Shown: positions 1 to 10,573 of the stretch, one piece after another
Layout of the letters: every line of letters starts with the position of its first letter
Numbering within the stretch: position 1 is the first letter of the stretch
Origin: Joostella atrarenae
GTDB lineage: Bacteria; Bacteroidota; Bacteroidia; Flavobacteriales; Flavobacteriaceae
Assembly: GCF_021764745.1 (NCBI RefSeq)
Contig: NZ_JAETXX010000008.1
Span: 62,548 to 126,547 of the forward strand
Direction of reading: 5' to 3'
DNA length: 64,000 nucleotides
Program-made: the position numbers and the translations under genes
Notes under the pieces: generated by a model
What the model was told of the DNA's origin: nothing
What the model saw: only the letters and a program-made list of their open reading frames with translations
Database searches by the model: none

Positions 1-737
1 CCGTTGATATCTATATTATTTCCTGTAAGGAAAGAAGACTCATCTGAAGCTAAATAAGCTACAAGATCTGCTACTTCTTTTGCTTCTCCTTCTCTTCTTA
101 ATGGAGTTCCTCCAGCAACTTTAGTTCTCACTTCATCTTTTGTAAAATCATCATGGAATTTGGTTGCGATCATACCTGGAGTAAGTGCATTTACACGGAT
201 TCCTTGTGGTCCAAATTCTTTAGCTAAAGATCTTGTATATGTCATAACTGCTCCTTTAGATGCTGCATACAATCCTGCTCCAGGACCTCCTCCATCACGT
301 GCTGCTTGTGAAGAAAAGTTTACTATCGATCCACCTTCTCCCATTAGAGGTTTAAAAGCTTTTGTTACTAAAAATACAGATTTAAAGTTTACATCCATCA
401 ATAAGTTATAAAAATCAAGATCCATTTCTTCGATTGTTTTACGAGCAAAAAGCCCTCCAGCAACATTTACTAAAACATCAACTTTAGATCCGAATGCTTT
501 TTTTGTTTCAGCTACTAAATTATCAATGTCGCTTTGCTTTGTAGCATCCGCATAAACACTAATAGCTTCTCCTCCATCTTTTTTAATCAAATTAACTGTT
601 TCTGCAGCTCCTTTTTCATCGTCAAAATAATTTACAACTACTTTTGCTCCTTGCTTTGCTAGATTTAAAGAAATTGCTTGTCCTATGTCTCTAGCTCCTC
701 CAGTTACTACTGCTACTTTTCCTTCGAATTTTTTCAT
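1..737 (-). CDS. SDR-family oxidoreductase (FabG/KduD-like; candidate DEH/KDG-pathway reductase), 3' truncated by window edge
   Basis: Minus-strand ATG at 737-735 and no stop before position 1. Translation starts MKKFEGKVAVVTGGARDIGQAISL, a Rossmann TGxxxGIG motif. A downstream ASK/YxxxK-like segment (YAASKGAV) is present. Not in the ORF track because there is no stop in the window. Confidence 0.75.
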   Translation of the reverse strand, partial: MKKFEGKVAVVTGGARDIGQAISLNLAKQGAKVVVNYFDDEKGAAETVNLIKKDGGEAISVYADATKQSDIDNLVAETKKAFGSKVDVLVNVAGGLFARKTIEEMDLDFYNLLMDVNFKSVFLVTKAFKPLMGEGGSIVNFSSQAARDGGGPGAGLYAASKGAVMTYTRSLAKEFGPQGIRVNALTPGMIATKFHDDFTKDEVRTKVAGGTPLRREGEAKEVADLVAYLASDESSFLTGNNIDIN

Positions 738-759
738 TTTTCTATTTATTTATTATTTA

Positions 760-2037
760 TCATTTAACTTCTACTGGCTTGATTGTTGGTATAAGAACAT
801 AAACTGATACCAAGGCTAGCGGAGCCAAAACCGCTATTAATATAAATGCTGGGGTATACGATTCTAGTGTTATTTGGGGAACAAGCCAGTTCATTATAAT
901 TACTGAAACTGCAGCTATTGTTCCTGCTAAACCTGCAAGTGTTCCTACAGATGGGCCACTAAATAAATCACTTGAAATTGTTTGGATATTTCCAATTGCA
1001 AATTGAAATCCGAATAGTACTACTCCTACTACATATATAAATGTCATTGGGTTTTCTCCTGAAACTAAAAATATGATTCCTAATAACCCTAAAAATATTA
1101 ATGAAGCGCCTATTGTAATAGCTATTTTTCTTGCTGCGTCAACAGATTTTGTCTGCATTAATTTCCCACAAAACCATCCTCCTAAAATACTTCCAGCCAT
1201 TCCTCCTAAGTAAGAAATCCATAATGTTGCTCCAATCTGCTCGATACTAAAGCCATATTTAGAATTTAAATATATTGGCATCCAACCAACAAACAACCAC
1301 CAGATAGGCTCTATAAAGAATCTAGTTGCCAATACTCCCCATGCTTCTTTATGCTTTAAAATATTAGCTACACTTAACCCCTTTTCTTTAGGAGCATCTT
1401 CAAGTTCGTCTTTTTTTATTCGGTCATTGAGGATGAGATTGCGTTCTTCTTCGGTAATCCATGAATGTTTTTCTGGTGTTGCTTTATTGATAAATAACCA
1501 TGGTATTACCCAAAGCAATCCGATGACTCCCAAAATTATAAACGTAGTTCTCCATCCAAATGAACTATATAAAACTGCAATTAAAGCTGGAGCAATAACA
1601 CTCCCTAAGGAAGCCCCCGCATTGAAAATACCTTGTGCTATAGCTCTTTCTTTTACAGGAAACCACTCTCCATTGCTCTTTACAGCTCCCGGCCAGTTTC
1701 CAGCCTCTCCTAATCCTAAGAAACCTCTTACGATTGACAATGAAACTAAACCTTTAGCAAATGCGTGTAATACTGCAGAAAGTGACCAAACAACAATAGA
1801 AACTGTGAATCCTAGTCGCGTCCCTATTTTATCATATAATTTTCCAGATAGAAATTTTCCTGCAGCATAGGTTATCATAAAAACATTAAGCATTACTGCA
1901 TAATCTGATTCGTCCATACCTAAGTCTTTCCCCATCTCTGGCCACATGACTCCAAATGCAGTACGATCGATGTAATTAATTACCGTGGCTAGACCTATTA
2001 AAGCAATAATCCACCATCTTAATCCTTTAACTTTCAT
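760..2037 (-). CDS. MFS transporter, ACS/hexuronate-type (candidate uronate/DEH/KDG importer)
   Basis: 425 aa with ~12 predicted TM helices. N-terminus WWIIALIGLATVINYIDRTAFGVMWPEMGKDLG resembles ExuT/ACS-family MFS. Sits next to the GntR regulator and SDR, as in alginate loci. Confidence 0.7.
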   Translation of the reverse strand: MKVKGLRWWIIALIGLATVINYIDRTAFGVMWPEMGKDLGMDESDYAVMLNVFMITYAAGKFLSGKLYDKIGTRLGFTVSIVVWSLSAVLHAFAKGLVSLSIVRGFLGLGEAGNWPGAVKSNGEWFPVKERAIAQGIFNAGASLGSVIAPALIAVLYSSFGWRTTFIILGVIGLLWVIPWLFINKATPEKHSWITEEERNLILNDRIKKDELEDAPKEKGLSVANILKHKEAWGVLATRFFIEPIWWLFVGWMPIYLNSKYGFSIEQIGATLWISYLGGMAGSILGGWFCGKLMQTKSVDAARKIAITIGASLIFLGLLGIIFLVSGENPMTFIYVVGVVLFGFQFAIGNIQTISSDLFSGPSVGTLAGLAGTIAAVSVIIMNWLVPQITLESYTPAFILIAVLAPLALVSVYVLIPTIKPVEVK

Positions 2038-2211
2038 ATGTTTTCCAATTAAGTCGATTATTCTTAAAAACTGGGCAATACTTTCTACTCAAGCCTGATT
2101 TATAAAATCATACTCGACAAAATAAGTAATGCTATTTTTAGGAAAATAGGGAGTCTGAAACGACTTATATTTCCTTATTAAATAATCAATGTTTAAATTC
2201 TATTCTTTTTT

Positions 2212-2949
2212 TTAACGAGATTGTGCGATCTCAGTATTTCCAGTTACATCTATATTGTAACAATATTGATACAGGCTTTTAAAATGAACCTTCATTTTTT
2301 CTTTAGCCAATTTTGGATCCTTATTCTTTATAGCCTCATATATCTCTTTATGCTCTTTAATTCCTATAATTGCCTGATTATCATCACAGACATGATACTT
2401 TTCAAAATTGGTAATTATCTCTGGTGTAATAATTAACATAAAAGTATTCATGGTACGGTTTCCGCTAGCTTTTGCTATGGCCAGATGGAATAACAAATCT
2501 TCTTGCACTGCATCTTTACCATTTAATACTTTCTCTTCAAAAGCATCCAAAGCATCTTTCATCTTCACCAATTGATCTTCAGTTCTCCTTAAAGCTGCTA
2601 ACCTAACAGTTTTTAATTCCAAAAGAATTCTAGTCTCTACCAACGATTTAAAATCTGGATTATCTAGACTTAAAATATCAGAAACCATCCCATTTAAAGC
2701 AATAATACCGATATTGGCAACAAAAGTCCCACTTTGCGGAATCGACTTCAATAAACCATAAAACTCTAAAGTTTGAATAGCTTCTCGTAAGTTATTTCTA
2801 CTCACCCCAAACTTTTCTGCCATCATTCTTTCTGAAGGCAATTTATCTCCAGGCTCTAGGTTTTTATAATTTATTAGTTCTCGTATCTTAGAAATTATTT
2901 CATTCCTAACATCTTGATTTTCGATTTTATTTAAAGCTTCAATTTTCAT
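2212..2949 (-). CDS. GntR-family (FadR subfamily) transcriptional regulator
   Basis: N-terminal winged-HTH PGDKLPSERMMAEKFGVSRNNLREAIQTLEFYGLL followed by an all-helical FCD-like C-terminal domain. A TGGTTAACCA palindrome lies just upstream of its start. Confidence 0.8.
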   Translation of the reverse strand: MKIEALNKIENQDVRNEIISKIRELINYKNLEPGDKLPSERMMAEKFGVSRNNLREAIQTLEFYGLLKSIPQSGTFVANIGIIALNGMVSDILSLDNPDFKSLVETRILLELKTVRLAALRRTEDQLVKMKDALDAFEEKVLNGKDAVQEDLLFHLAIAKASGNRTMNTFMLIITPEIITNFEKYHVCDDNQAIIGIKEHKEIYEAIKNKDPKLAKEKMKVHFKSLYQYCYNIDVTGNTEIAQSR

Positions 2950-3187
2950 TGTAAATACGTTAAATTATAAAACGTAAAATTGGTTAACCAGTTTGAGTTA
3001 TCAAATTTATAAAAATAAAGTTTAACAAAAAACTATAATCATTAATAATTATATACTATTTCCTCACTAAACTAGCCTTAGTTTTATCAATTTGATATTG
3101 ATATTTGCCGGCCCCCAACCGGCAAATACCAAAAAGCACTAACTAAAATAACAAATCTACCTCATAACAATTATCATATAAAAACTA

Positions 3188-4285
3188 TTAACTTGGCGGG
3201 TAACATAGTAATAGTTTCGATTCTATTTTAGATTTAAAAATAACTTCTCCTATTGCTACCGACATAAAAAACTCATCTCCTTGTCGGTAAGCAAATTCTT
3301 TACCATTACAGTAAATTATTCCTTCTCCATAATATATTACTACTACATAGAAATTTTCTTGCTGTTTAATGGAATATTCTCCATTAAGGCATAATTCACT
3401 AAGACCAAAACAATTAGTATGCGCATCGTTAAAGATTGTACTAAAAGTATATTCATCTGAAGTATCTATTGCTCTAGGAGCAACTTTCCATTGATTAAGA
3501 GCCTCCTCATATGTATAGCCATCATAATGAAAGCAATCTAGCATTTTTTGTTCACCTACTCCTTGATGAATCAACTCATCTGATATCTCCAATCCGGTAG
3601 GAGTAATTCTTTCTACACGCATTGTATAATCTGTTGGCTCCTGTACTTCCATTAAGAAACATCCACTCCCAATAGCATGTGGAACACCTCCATATATCAT
3701 AAAAGCATCTCCTGGTTTTACCTCAATCCTATGTAAACTATTAAGCATGCCTTCTATGTCTTGACTTAAAAAAAGTTTTTCCCATTTTTCTCTGGTTATT
3801 CCTTTTTTAAATCCCATATACACAACGCTTTTCTCACCGTCTATTTCTCTGGTATTTAAAACATACCAAGACTCTGTTTTACCATACGATGAAGAAAGTA
3901 CATGCTTAGCATAATTCTTATCTGGATGAACTTGAATAGTAAGACGTTCACGAGAATCTAGCATTTTTATTAATACTCCAGTAGAGTCAAATTTTTTAAT
4001 AAAATCTTTCCCTAAGAAAAGCTCTTTATCTGAATCGATAATATCCTTGAGAGATATAATACCATTATCGGTTTCGATTTCAGAAAGTCCTTCCCCTTCT
4101 GATCTATTATTTCCTCTAGCAGTTATGGTAGACATAATCCATTCTTCTGGAAAACTGTTATCAACCTGCTGCTTTTCTTCCTTCCATTTATCAATTAAAG
4201 CACCTCCAGAATAAGTACGCCACACCCTGTTTGTTGACTGCTTTAGTGGCATTTTTGCATATTTCTGTAAATCCTTATTATTCAT
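3188..4285 (-). CDS. Cupin-type sugar isomerase, class I phosphomannose-isomerase-like
   Basis: 365 aa with PMI-like motifs QVHPDK and ESWYVL plus a C-terminal cupin beta-rich region. Tightly coupled (2-bp gap) to the downstream transporter. Confidence 0.5.
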   Translation of the reverse strand: MNNKDLQKYAKMPLKQSTNRVWRTYSGGALIDKWKEEKQQVDNSFPEEWIMSTITARGNNRSEGEGLSEIETDNGIISLKDIIDSDKELFLGKDFIKKFDSTGVLIKMLDSRERLTIQVHPDKNYAKHVLSSSYGKTESWYVLNTREIDGEKSVVYMGFKKGITREKWEKLFLSQDIEGMLNSLHRIEVKPGDAFMIYGGVPHAIGSGCFLMEVQEPTDYTMRVERITPTGLEISDELIHQGVGEQKMLDCFHYDGYTYEEALNQWKVAPRAIDTSDEYTFSTIFNDAHTNCFGLSELCLNGEYSIKQQENFYVVVIYYGEGIIYCNGKEFAYRQGDEFFMSVAIGEVIFKSKIESKLLLCYPPS

Positions 4286-4287
4286 GT

Positions 4288-5550
4288 TTATTTTATTAAT
4301 TCAATTACTCCTTTGATTCCTGTGATAGAAGTAAAAATTGCAAAGATCAAAATGACCGTTAATATTATATTTGATTTAATACCTGCTTTATAAACTCCCA
4401 TTAAGTCTTTTCTATTTACGAGATAAAAAATTCCAAGAACAGTTAGTGGTAAAATGATTGCGTTTAACGCTTGTGAAAGTATCATCACAAATACTGGGCG
4501 GCCATTAAATATAGGAACCACCAATCCCAATAAAGAGATTAAAAAAACAATAATTCTATATTTCGGTAAACTCATATCCCTTTCAGACTCATTATAATCA
4601 CAAATTAACCATGGTAACATTAATATGTTAGGAAATTGTGATGAAACACCAGCCGCTATGATTCCAATTGCAAAAATAGACGAGGCTAAACCACCAGCTA
4701 AAGGTTCTAATAATTCAATCATTTGTGAAGCTTCAGATAGTTGTATTCCTTCTTTATATAAAGTCCCTGCCGCAGCTGCCATGATAGATCCACTTATTAA
4801 AAACATTAAAGTAGCTGAAAAACGGGCATCATTCTTTTGCTTCTTTAAATCTCCTACTGTCCAACCTGCTTCTTCAACCAAAGTTGTTCTAATTATGAAT
4901 AAACCTGAAAACACCGTTGTTCCTATTAAAGATGCAATTACAAGTAACGGACTTCCGCCTTCATTAATTGTTTCTGGCACGTTTGGTATAAGTCCTTTTA
5001 AAATAGCTATTGGCGGAGGCATCATAATAAAAAAATTAATTAAAAAACTCGCCGACATTATAGCTACAATTACTGCTAATGCTCTTTCAAAAAATTGGGT
5101 TTTACCATTCCAAAATATGTAATAAACCAAAGAAATAAAGAACAGTGCAAAATAAATTGGAGATATACCGCCAGTAATCACACTTTTTGACCACTCGTAA
5201 CATATATCTGCTACTATTCCCATTACGCCCATAACACTCCCACAAACACCAACTGTTAAGGCTATTATGAAAAAAATACCGACTCCTGGGTGTATATGGT
5301 TTTTAAATGCTTGTAAAGCAGTCTCTCCAGTAACAAGCGTATATTTACCATATAAATTAATCATGAAATAAGTAGTTAAACAAGACGCTACAATGGTCCA
5401 AAGCAAAGACATTCCATAAACAGCTCCAGCATTTGCCATTGCTGTAACACTCCCTGTACCTATATTGAGTCCCAGTAAAAATATCCCTGGTAAGAATAAT
5501 GCAATATAATTGGACAGCTTAGAGCGCCATGATTTTTTATTATGTACCAT
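4288..5550 (-). CDS. NRAMP/MntH-like polytopic membrane transporter
   Basis: 420 aa with ~11 TM segments. N-terminal segment GTGSVTAMANAGAVYGMSLLW resembles the NRAMP DPGN..GAQFGYKLLW region, but the metal-binding DPGN motif is not conserved, so substrate is uncertain. Confidence 0.45.
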   Translation of the reverse strand: MVHNKKSWRSKLSNYIALFLPGIFLLGLNIGTGSVTAMANAGAVYGMSLLWTIVASCLTTYFMINLYGKYTLVTGETALQAFKNHIHPGVGIFFIIALTVGVCGSVMGVMGIVADICYEWSKSVITGGISPIYFALFFISLVYYIFWNGKTQFFERALAVIVAIMSASFLINFFIMMPPPIAILKGLIPNVPETINEGGSPLLVIASLIGTTVFSGLFIIRTTLVEEAGWTVGDLKKQKNDARFSATLMFLISGSIMAAAAGTLYKEGIQLSEASQMIELLEPLAGGLASSIFAIGIIAAGVSSQFPNILMLPWLICDYNESERDMSLPKYRIIVFLISLLGLVVPIFNGRPVFVMILSQALNAIILPLTVLGIFYLVNRKDLMGVYKAGIKSNIILTVILIFAIFTSITGIKGVIELIK

Positions 5551-5743
5551 GCTTTTGTTTTCTGAAATTAGTAGTTAAAAAAGGGTAATCATCCTTATTT
5601 TTAGTTGAGTATAAATAACTCAGTAATGATAGAAACGGCAACCCATTTCTATATTAATCTTGAAAATTTAGAATTCATTACCCTTTTTACTTCTAGTAAC
5701 ATAACAAACTAACTCAAAATCAATTATAACGACTAGACACTTA

Positions 5744-7288
5744 TTAATACCCTGGATTCTGAGGCAATAAATTAGGATTTCTTTCTAACTCATCTTCTGG
5801 CAATGGTAATAAGTAATCATCAGCAGTAAAAAACGGTTTTGCTCCTTCTAATCCTGATGCACTAAATGCCTCATCTCCTAATTGTCTTCTTACTATATCA
5901 TACCATCTTTTACCTTCGAAAGCAAGTTCTAATCTACGCTCTTCCATTATATCGTCAATGGTAACTGTTCCTGTAAGATCTGCTGGCACAGCACTCGCTG
6001 GAAAAACATACTGAATGTCAGCTCCAGTTTTTGTAGCTCCACCCATTCTTGCTCTACTTCTTACTTGATTTATATAATTTAAAGCAGCACCATTATCTCC
6101 TAATTCTACAGCAGCTTCAGCGGCAATTAATAATACTTCAGCATAACGAATCATTGAATAATTGTGACTTGTTGCTCTAGCATTTGCACGTGCATATTCC
6201 CCAGGATAACGCATGTATTTTGCTATATAAGGATTGTTTTTAGCAAACTGGTGACCACTAATATCAAACTGAGTGTAATCTACAACAGTACCACCAATAG
6301 ACGCTTCATCATCTAAACTAACTGCTCTTCTGTAGTCTCCACTATCCCATGTTGTATACACTTCAAGTGTTGGCACTGCAACAGACCATCCTCCACCGTC
6401 ATTTCTATCATCCCCACGAATACCTGTCATCGGTGCTGTTTGGTCATAGGCATTATTTTCAGCCTCAAAATTATTATAATCTAAAGCAAATATTGGCTCT
6501 GGAGAAGCATCTATAACTTCTGCATTAAATAAATTTTGAAAGTTAGGGTCTAATGAATATGTACCACTTTTTATAACTTTTGTAGCATAATCGTACGCAC
6601 TCTGAAAATCTGCCGTATTACTTGTTCCTGCTCTTGTTAAATACACTAAAGCTAAGTAAGACGAAGCAGCTCCTTGAGAAGGTATTGCTGCAGATGCTGT
6701 ATTTTTTGGCAGCCAAGTTTCCGCATATTCTAAGTCGGCAATAATTTTCTCATATACTTCTGCAACTGAAGATTTTTCAATATTAGAAGTAGCATCTACA
6801 TCTGTTATTGGCTCGTCAATGTATGGAACCTCCCCAAACAATCTAACCAAATGGAAGTAATAAAATGCTCTTGCAAAGTAAGCCTGAGCTGTTATTGGAT
6901 TTTTTATAGCATCTGAAGCGTCTACATCTTCAGCTCCAGCAATCGCTAAATTAGCGGCTGCAATTCCTTGATATGCTTTTGGCCAAAATTCAATCAACAT
7001 TCCGTTATTAGCTAATGTTGTGAATTCATTCATTTCTACTCGTCTAGTTTCATTAGAAGCTAGACTTACCATATCTGATCTTAACATTAATGCTATGGAA
7101 AGTTTTCTTCCCCAAAATGTTTCGTTGATAGCATGTGTAAGCGAACCATCTACCGCTGCTTGAATATCACTTGGCGATGCAAAAAATCCTTCAGGAGCTA
7201 AAATCCCTACAGGCTCTTCTTCTAAATCTGAACACCCTATCATTGATATTCCCATTAATAATAAAAGTATATATCTATATGTTTTCAT
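5744..7288 (-). CDS. susD: SusD/RagB-family outer-membrane glycan-binding lipoprotein
   Basis: Lipoprotein signal peptide with Cys (MISMIGCSD), ~514 aa, immediately downstream of a SusC gene. TPR-like helical composition with C-terminal W/Y-rich motifs typical of SusD. Confidence 0.85.
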   Translation of the reverse strand: MKTYRYILLLLMGISMIGCSDLEEEPVGILAPEGFFASPSDIQAAVDGSLTHAINETFWGRKLSIALMLRSDMVSLASNETRRVEMNEFTTLANNGMLIEFWPKAYQGIAAANLAIAGAEDVDASDAIKNPITAQAYFARAFYYFHLVRLFGEVPYIDEPITDVDATSNIEKSSVAEVYEKIIADLEYAETWLPKNTASAAIPSQGAASSYLALVYLTRAGTSNTADFQSAYDYATKVIKSGTYSLDPNFQNLFNAEVIDASPEPIFALDYNNFEAENNAYDQTAPMTGIRGDDRNDGGGWSVAVPTLEVYTTWDSGDYRRAVSLDDEASIGGTVVDYTQFDISGHQFAKNNPYIAKYMRYPGEYARANARATSHNYSMIRYAEVLLIAAEAAVELGDNGAALNYINQVRSRARMGGATKTGADIQYVFPASAVPADLTGTVTIDDIMEERRLELAFEGKRWYDIVRRQLGDEAFSASGLEGAKPFFTADDYLLPLPEDELERNPNLLPQNPGY

Positions 7289-7306
7289 TGTATTCTTTTT
7301 TTATGA

Positions 7307-10300
7307 TTAAAATTTCACGCTAAGGCTCATATTAACAGATCTTACAGTAGGATAGTTTCCAAAATCGAATCCTTGTGCCGTATTCGATGAGAAATTATTA
7401 CTTCCTTCTGAACCAACATAATTTACTTCTGGATCTAAACCAGAGTAACTAGTAAAAGTCAACAAATTCTGTACACTAAGAGATAATCTGAAGTTTTCCA
7501 TTCCTAATTTTTCTACTAAACTAGATGGGAAATTATACCCTATAGCTAAATTCTTCAATCTTACGTAACTACCATCCTCTACAAATCGAGAAGATATTTC
7601 TCTGTTACTATTATTTCCAACTCTTGGCACATCTGTATTGGTATTATTAGGTGTCCAAGCATTGTTGTAATTATCTTGAGTTGTATTGGCATCTCCATTA
7701 GATAATTGTACGTTCGTCATATTAAAAATCTCTCCTCCTTGAGAACCTTGAAAAAAGATATTCAAATCGATATTTTTATATGAGAATGTATTTGTGAAAC
7801 CCCAAGTGAAATCTGGATTTGGATCACCAATAGTTGTTCTATCAGCTTCAGTAATGTCTCCACTATCATCTATATCTGCAAATAATGGATCTCCTGCAAC
7901 CCCTCCGTTTAAAGTAGCTGTACCTTCTGGTGCAGTTCCACCTTGATAAACTCCAGCATAATCATAACCCCAGAATAAACCTACAGATTCTCCTTCTCTT
8001 AACACATAACTTCTATCATGAGAAAAATATGATGGAGCTGCATTTCCGAAGTAATCTAAACCTCCAACTAAGCTAACAACTTCGTTATTGTTAAATGCGA
8101 TATTAAAATCTGTTCTCCACTGAAAGTTTTCATTAGAAATATTAATCGTGTTTAAAGAAACCTCAACACCATTATTATTAATCTCACCAACATTTGTTAG
8201 AATTTCATCATCTAAATAACCCGTATATTCTGGTAAGGCATTATTTATTAATATTAAATCTTTGGTATCAATGTCATAATAATCTACTGAAAGATTTAAT
8301 CTGTTGCTAAAAAGTCCTAAATCAATACCGAAGTTAGTTTGGTATGAAGACTCCCACTTTAAGTTTGGATTCGCAGGACGGTCTGGAGTAACTGCACTAA
8401 CAGTTTGCCCGTTGCTAGACGCATAAATTCCTTGTATCCTTGCTAAAGACTCGTAAGCACCAATAGAAGGGTTACCAGTAACACCATAACTAGCTCTTAA
8501 TTTTAAATTGGTTATAGTCTGGCTATCTTCCAAAAAGCTTTCATTAGAAATTTTCCATCCTAAAGCCCCTGATGGGAAAACAGCATACTTCTCGTTCTCA
8601 GCAAAGTTTGATGCACCATCTCGTCTAACTGTAGCCGTGATTAAATATCTATCATCAAAGTCATAGTTTAAACGTCCAAACTGAGATTGAATTTCAACTT
8701 CAGAAATAGAAGAGTCTGGCTGTAAAACATTTGTTGCTGAACCAAAACCATAATAAGAAAAACTATCAGAAAGAAATCCTGTTGCTTCCATATAGCTATA
8801 TTCGGAAACCGATTTTTGGTAAGAATAACCTCCTAATAAAGTTAAGCTCCCTTTCCCTATTTCTGCTTTATATGTTAAATAATTCTCACTTAATAATGTA
8901 GTATTTTTATTATACTGAATAGATGCTCTTCCATCGTTACCTGCAGAAGTAATTTTTAAAGTTGAAGGAGAGAAAATACCTCTTGTTCTATTTTCTGTAC
9001 TAAAACCAAATGTTGATTTAAAAGAAAGGTTGTTTAGAATATCATAACCCGCATATAAATTCGCTCTAAATTTATCTGTCTTAAGTTCATCTATACGCTC
9101 TGTAGCAACTGCATATGGATTATCCACAGGATCTCCAATAGAGTTTCCTGCATTATAAGTACCATCAGCATCGTAAACTGGCTGATCTGGAGCATATCTT
9201 AAAGCTAGCGTTATAACGTCATCTCCCCCTGCAGAAACAGAACCATCCGATTGTGTAGCAGCTCCATTTTTCTCTTCTCTACTACCAAAAAGATTCATTC
9301 CTAAGTTTAATTTGTCTGTTACATTCGCATCAACATTAGATAAGAATGTTAATTTCTCGAAATCAGAATTAATTAAAACCCCTTCCTGTTGGAAGTAATT
9401 TGTAGATGCATAGAAGTTTATATTATCTGAACCTCCAGAAACAGAAAGTTGATACGTTTCTGTACTTCCAGTTCTATATATCAAATCTTGCCAATCTGTA
9501 TCCGCTGGCCCTTGAGTATAAGCACTTGTGCTTTGCGTATTAGCTCTAATATCGTTTTGGTAATTGGCAAACTCATCTGCATTTAATAAGTCTATTTCAT
9601 TAGCAGTATTCTGCATAACGTAAGACGTATTAAACTCTACATTTATTTTACCACTTCTACCCTTTTTAGTAGTTACTAGAATTACACCATTAGAACCTCT
9701 AGAACCGTATATAGCTGTTGCCGATGCATCTTTTAAAACTTCCATAGAAGCTATATCTGTAGCTTGAGGCATCGAAGCTCCTACAAATCCATCTACAACA
9801 ATAAGCGGATTACTACTAGCATTTATAGATGTATTACCTCTAATTTTTATACTGATAGGTGCTCCAGGCTCACCACCATTATTAGACTGAACAACAACAC
9901 CCGCGGCACGTCCTTGAAGCGCTTCTTCCGCATTACCAGTAGGAAATGCAGTTAACTCTTCTGACTTTACTGAAGACACAGCTCCCGTAATGTCACTCTT
10001 TTTTTGAGATCCATACCCTACAATAACTACCTCATCAAGCTCTTCTAAATCTTGCTCTAATGCAATATCAATAGTTTCTTGACCTGAAATTGTTACGGTT
10101 TGCTCAATAAAACCAATAAAGCTAAAAGAAACTTTATCTCCATTTTTTATGTTTATTGAGTAATTACCGTCAAAATCGGTAACAACCCCATTTCTACTAT
10201 TAGCAACTAGTACATTTACTCCAGGAATTGGAACTCCATCTGATTTGGATACAACTGTACCACTTAGTAAATATGTATCTTGTGCTATACCTGAATAATG

Positions 10301-10345
10301 ACATACAATCATTATCAAAAATATAGTTAACATCTTGAATTTCAT
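7307..10345 (-). CDS. susC: SusC/RagA-family TonB-dependent outer-membrane transporter
   Basis: 1012 aa. N-terminal carboxypeptidase-regulatory-like domain, TonB-box/plug (DEVVIVGYGSQKK) and C-terminal beta-barrel ending in an aromatic residue (...SVKF). Paired with SusD. Confidence 0.9.
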   Translation of the reverse strand: MKFKMLTIFLIMIVCHYSGIAQDTYLLSGTVVSKSDGVPIPGVNVLVANSRNGVVTDFDGNYSINIKNGDKVSFSFIGFIEQTVTISGQETIDIALEQDLEELDEVVIVGYGSQKKSDITGAVSSVKSEELTAFPTGNAEEALQGRAAGVVVQSNNGGEPGAPISIKIRGNTSINASSNPLIVVDGFVGASMPQATDIASMEVLKDASATAIYGSRGSNGVILVTTKKGRSGKINVEFNTSYVMQNTANEIDLLNADEFANYQNDIRANTQSTSAYTQGPADTDWQDLIYRTGSTETYQLSVSGGSDNINFYASTNYFQQEGVLINSDFEKLTFLSNVDANVTDKLNLGMNLFGSREEKNGAATQSDGSVSAGGDDVITLALRYAPDQPVYDADGTYNAGNSIGDPVDNPYAVATERIDELKTDKFRANLYAGYDILNNLSFKSTFGFSTENRTRGIFSPSTLKITSAGNDGRASIQYNKNTTLLSENYLTYKAEIGKGSLTLLGGYSYQKSVSEYSYMEATGFLSDSFSYYGFGSATNVLQPDSSISEVEIQSQFGRLNYDFDDRYLITATVRRDGASNFAENEKYAVFPSGALGWKISNESFLEDSQTITNLKLRASYGVTGNPSIGAYESLARIQGIYASSNGQTVSAVTPDRPANPNLKWESSYQTNFGIDLGLFSNRLNLSVDYYDIDTKDLILINNALPEYTGYLDDEILTNVGEINNNGVEVSLNTINISNENFQWRTDFNIAFNNNEVVSLVGGLDYFGNAAPSYFSHDRSYVLREGESVGLFWGYDYAGVYQGGTAPEGTATLNGGVAGDPLFADIDDSGDITEADRTTIGDPNPDFTWGFTNTFSYKNIDLNIFFQGSQGGEIFNMTNVQLSNGDANTTQDNYNNAWTPNNTNTDVPRVGNNSNREISSRFVEDGSYVRLKNLAIGYNFPSSLVEKLGMENFRLSLSVQNLLTFTSYSGLDPEVNYVGSEGSNNFSSNTAQGFDFGNYPTVRSVNMSLSVKF

Positions 10346-10545
10346 AAGTTTATAATATTTAGTTAGTTTTAAATTTTAACAAATAATCCCTAGGGATAAC
10401 TTAGTATCCTATTCACTATTTACTTAAATGTAATTGGTGTATTAACTTTTGAAGTTACTTATGAAAATATGTATCTTTGTAACTTCAAATTACTTATTAA
10501 GTAATTGCATGTTTAAATTTACTTCTTAACGAAGTTTTACAAAAA

Positions 10546-10573
10546 GGATAGGTGTGCGCCTGTCCTTTTTTTT
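10546..10573. terminator. Bidirectional rho-independent terminator (GGATAGG-TGTGCGC-CCTGTCC hairpin, A5 upstream and T8 downstream)
   Basis: Read directly: aaaaaGGATAGGtgtgcgcCTGTCCtttttttt. The stem pairs with one G-U wobble. It lies between the kdgF-like stop and the susC promoter region. Confidence 0.6.

Noticed and set aside
160-411. 83-aa plus-strand ORF at the window start
   Set aside because: It lies entirely antisense within the SDR gene (1-737, minus), which has clear Rossmann and YxxxK motifs. Its proline/Gly-rich translation is a typical antisense artefact.
1427-1870. 147-aa plus-strand ORF inside the MFS transporter gene
   Set aside because: Antisense to a well-supported 12-TM transporter ORF and has no motifs. 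The same reasoning rejects 2221-2436, 4625-5122, 9764-9955, 12447-12686, 15250-15465, 17488-17670, 17805-17999, 18808-19014, 20452-20634, 22480-22707, 23810-24076, 30007-30198, 30503-30688, 31208-32494, 32699-32926, 33548-33835, 34714-34899, 39570-39791, 40438-40659, 41005-41545, 44130-44312, 45711-45893, 46665-46862, 50212-50412, 53403-53612, 54298-54537, 58426-58635 and 63150-63374.
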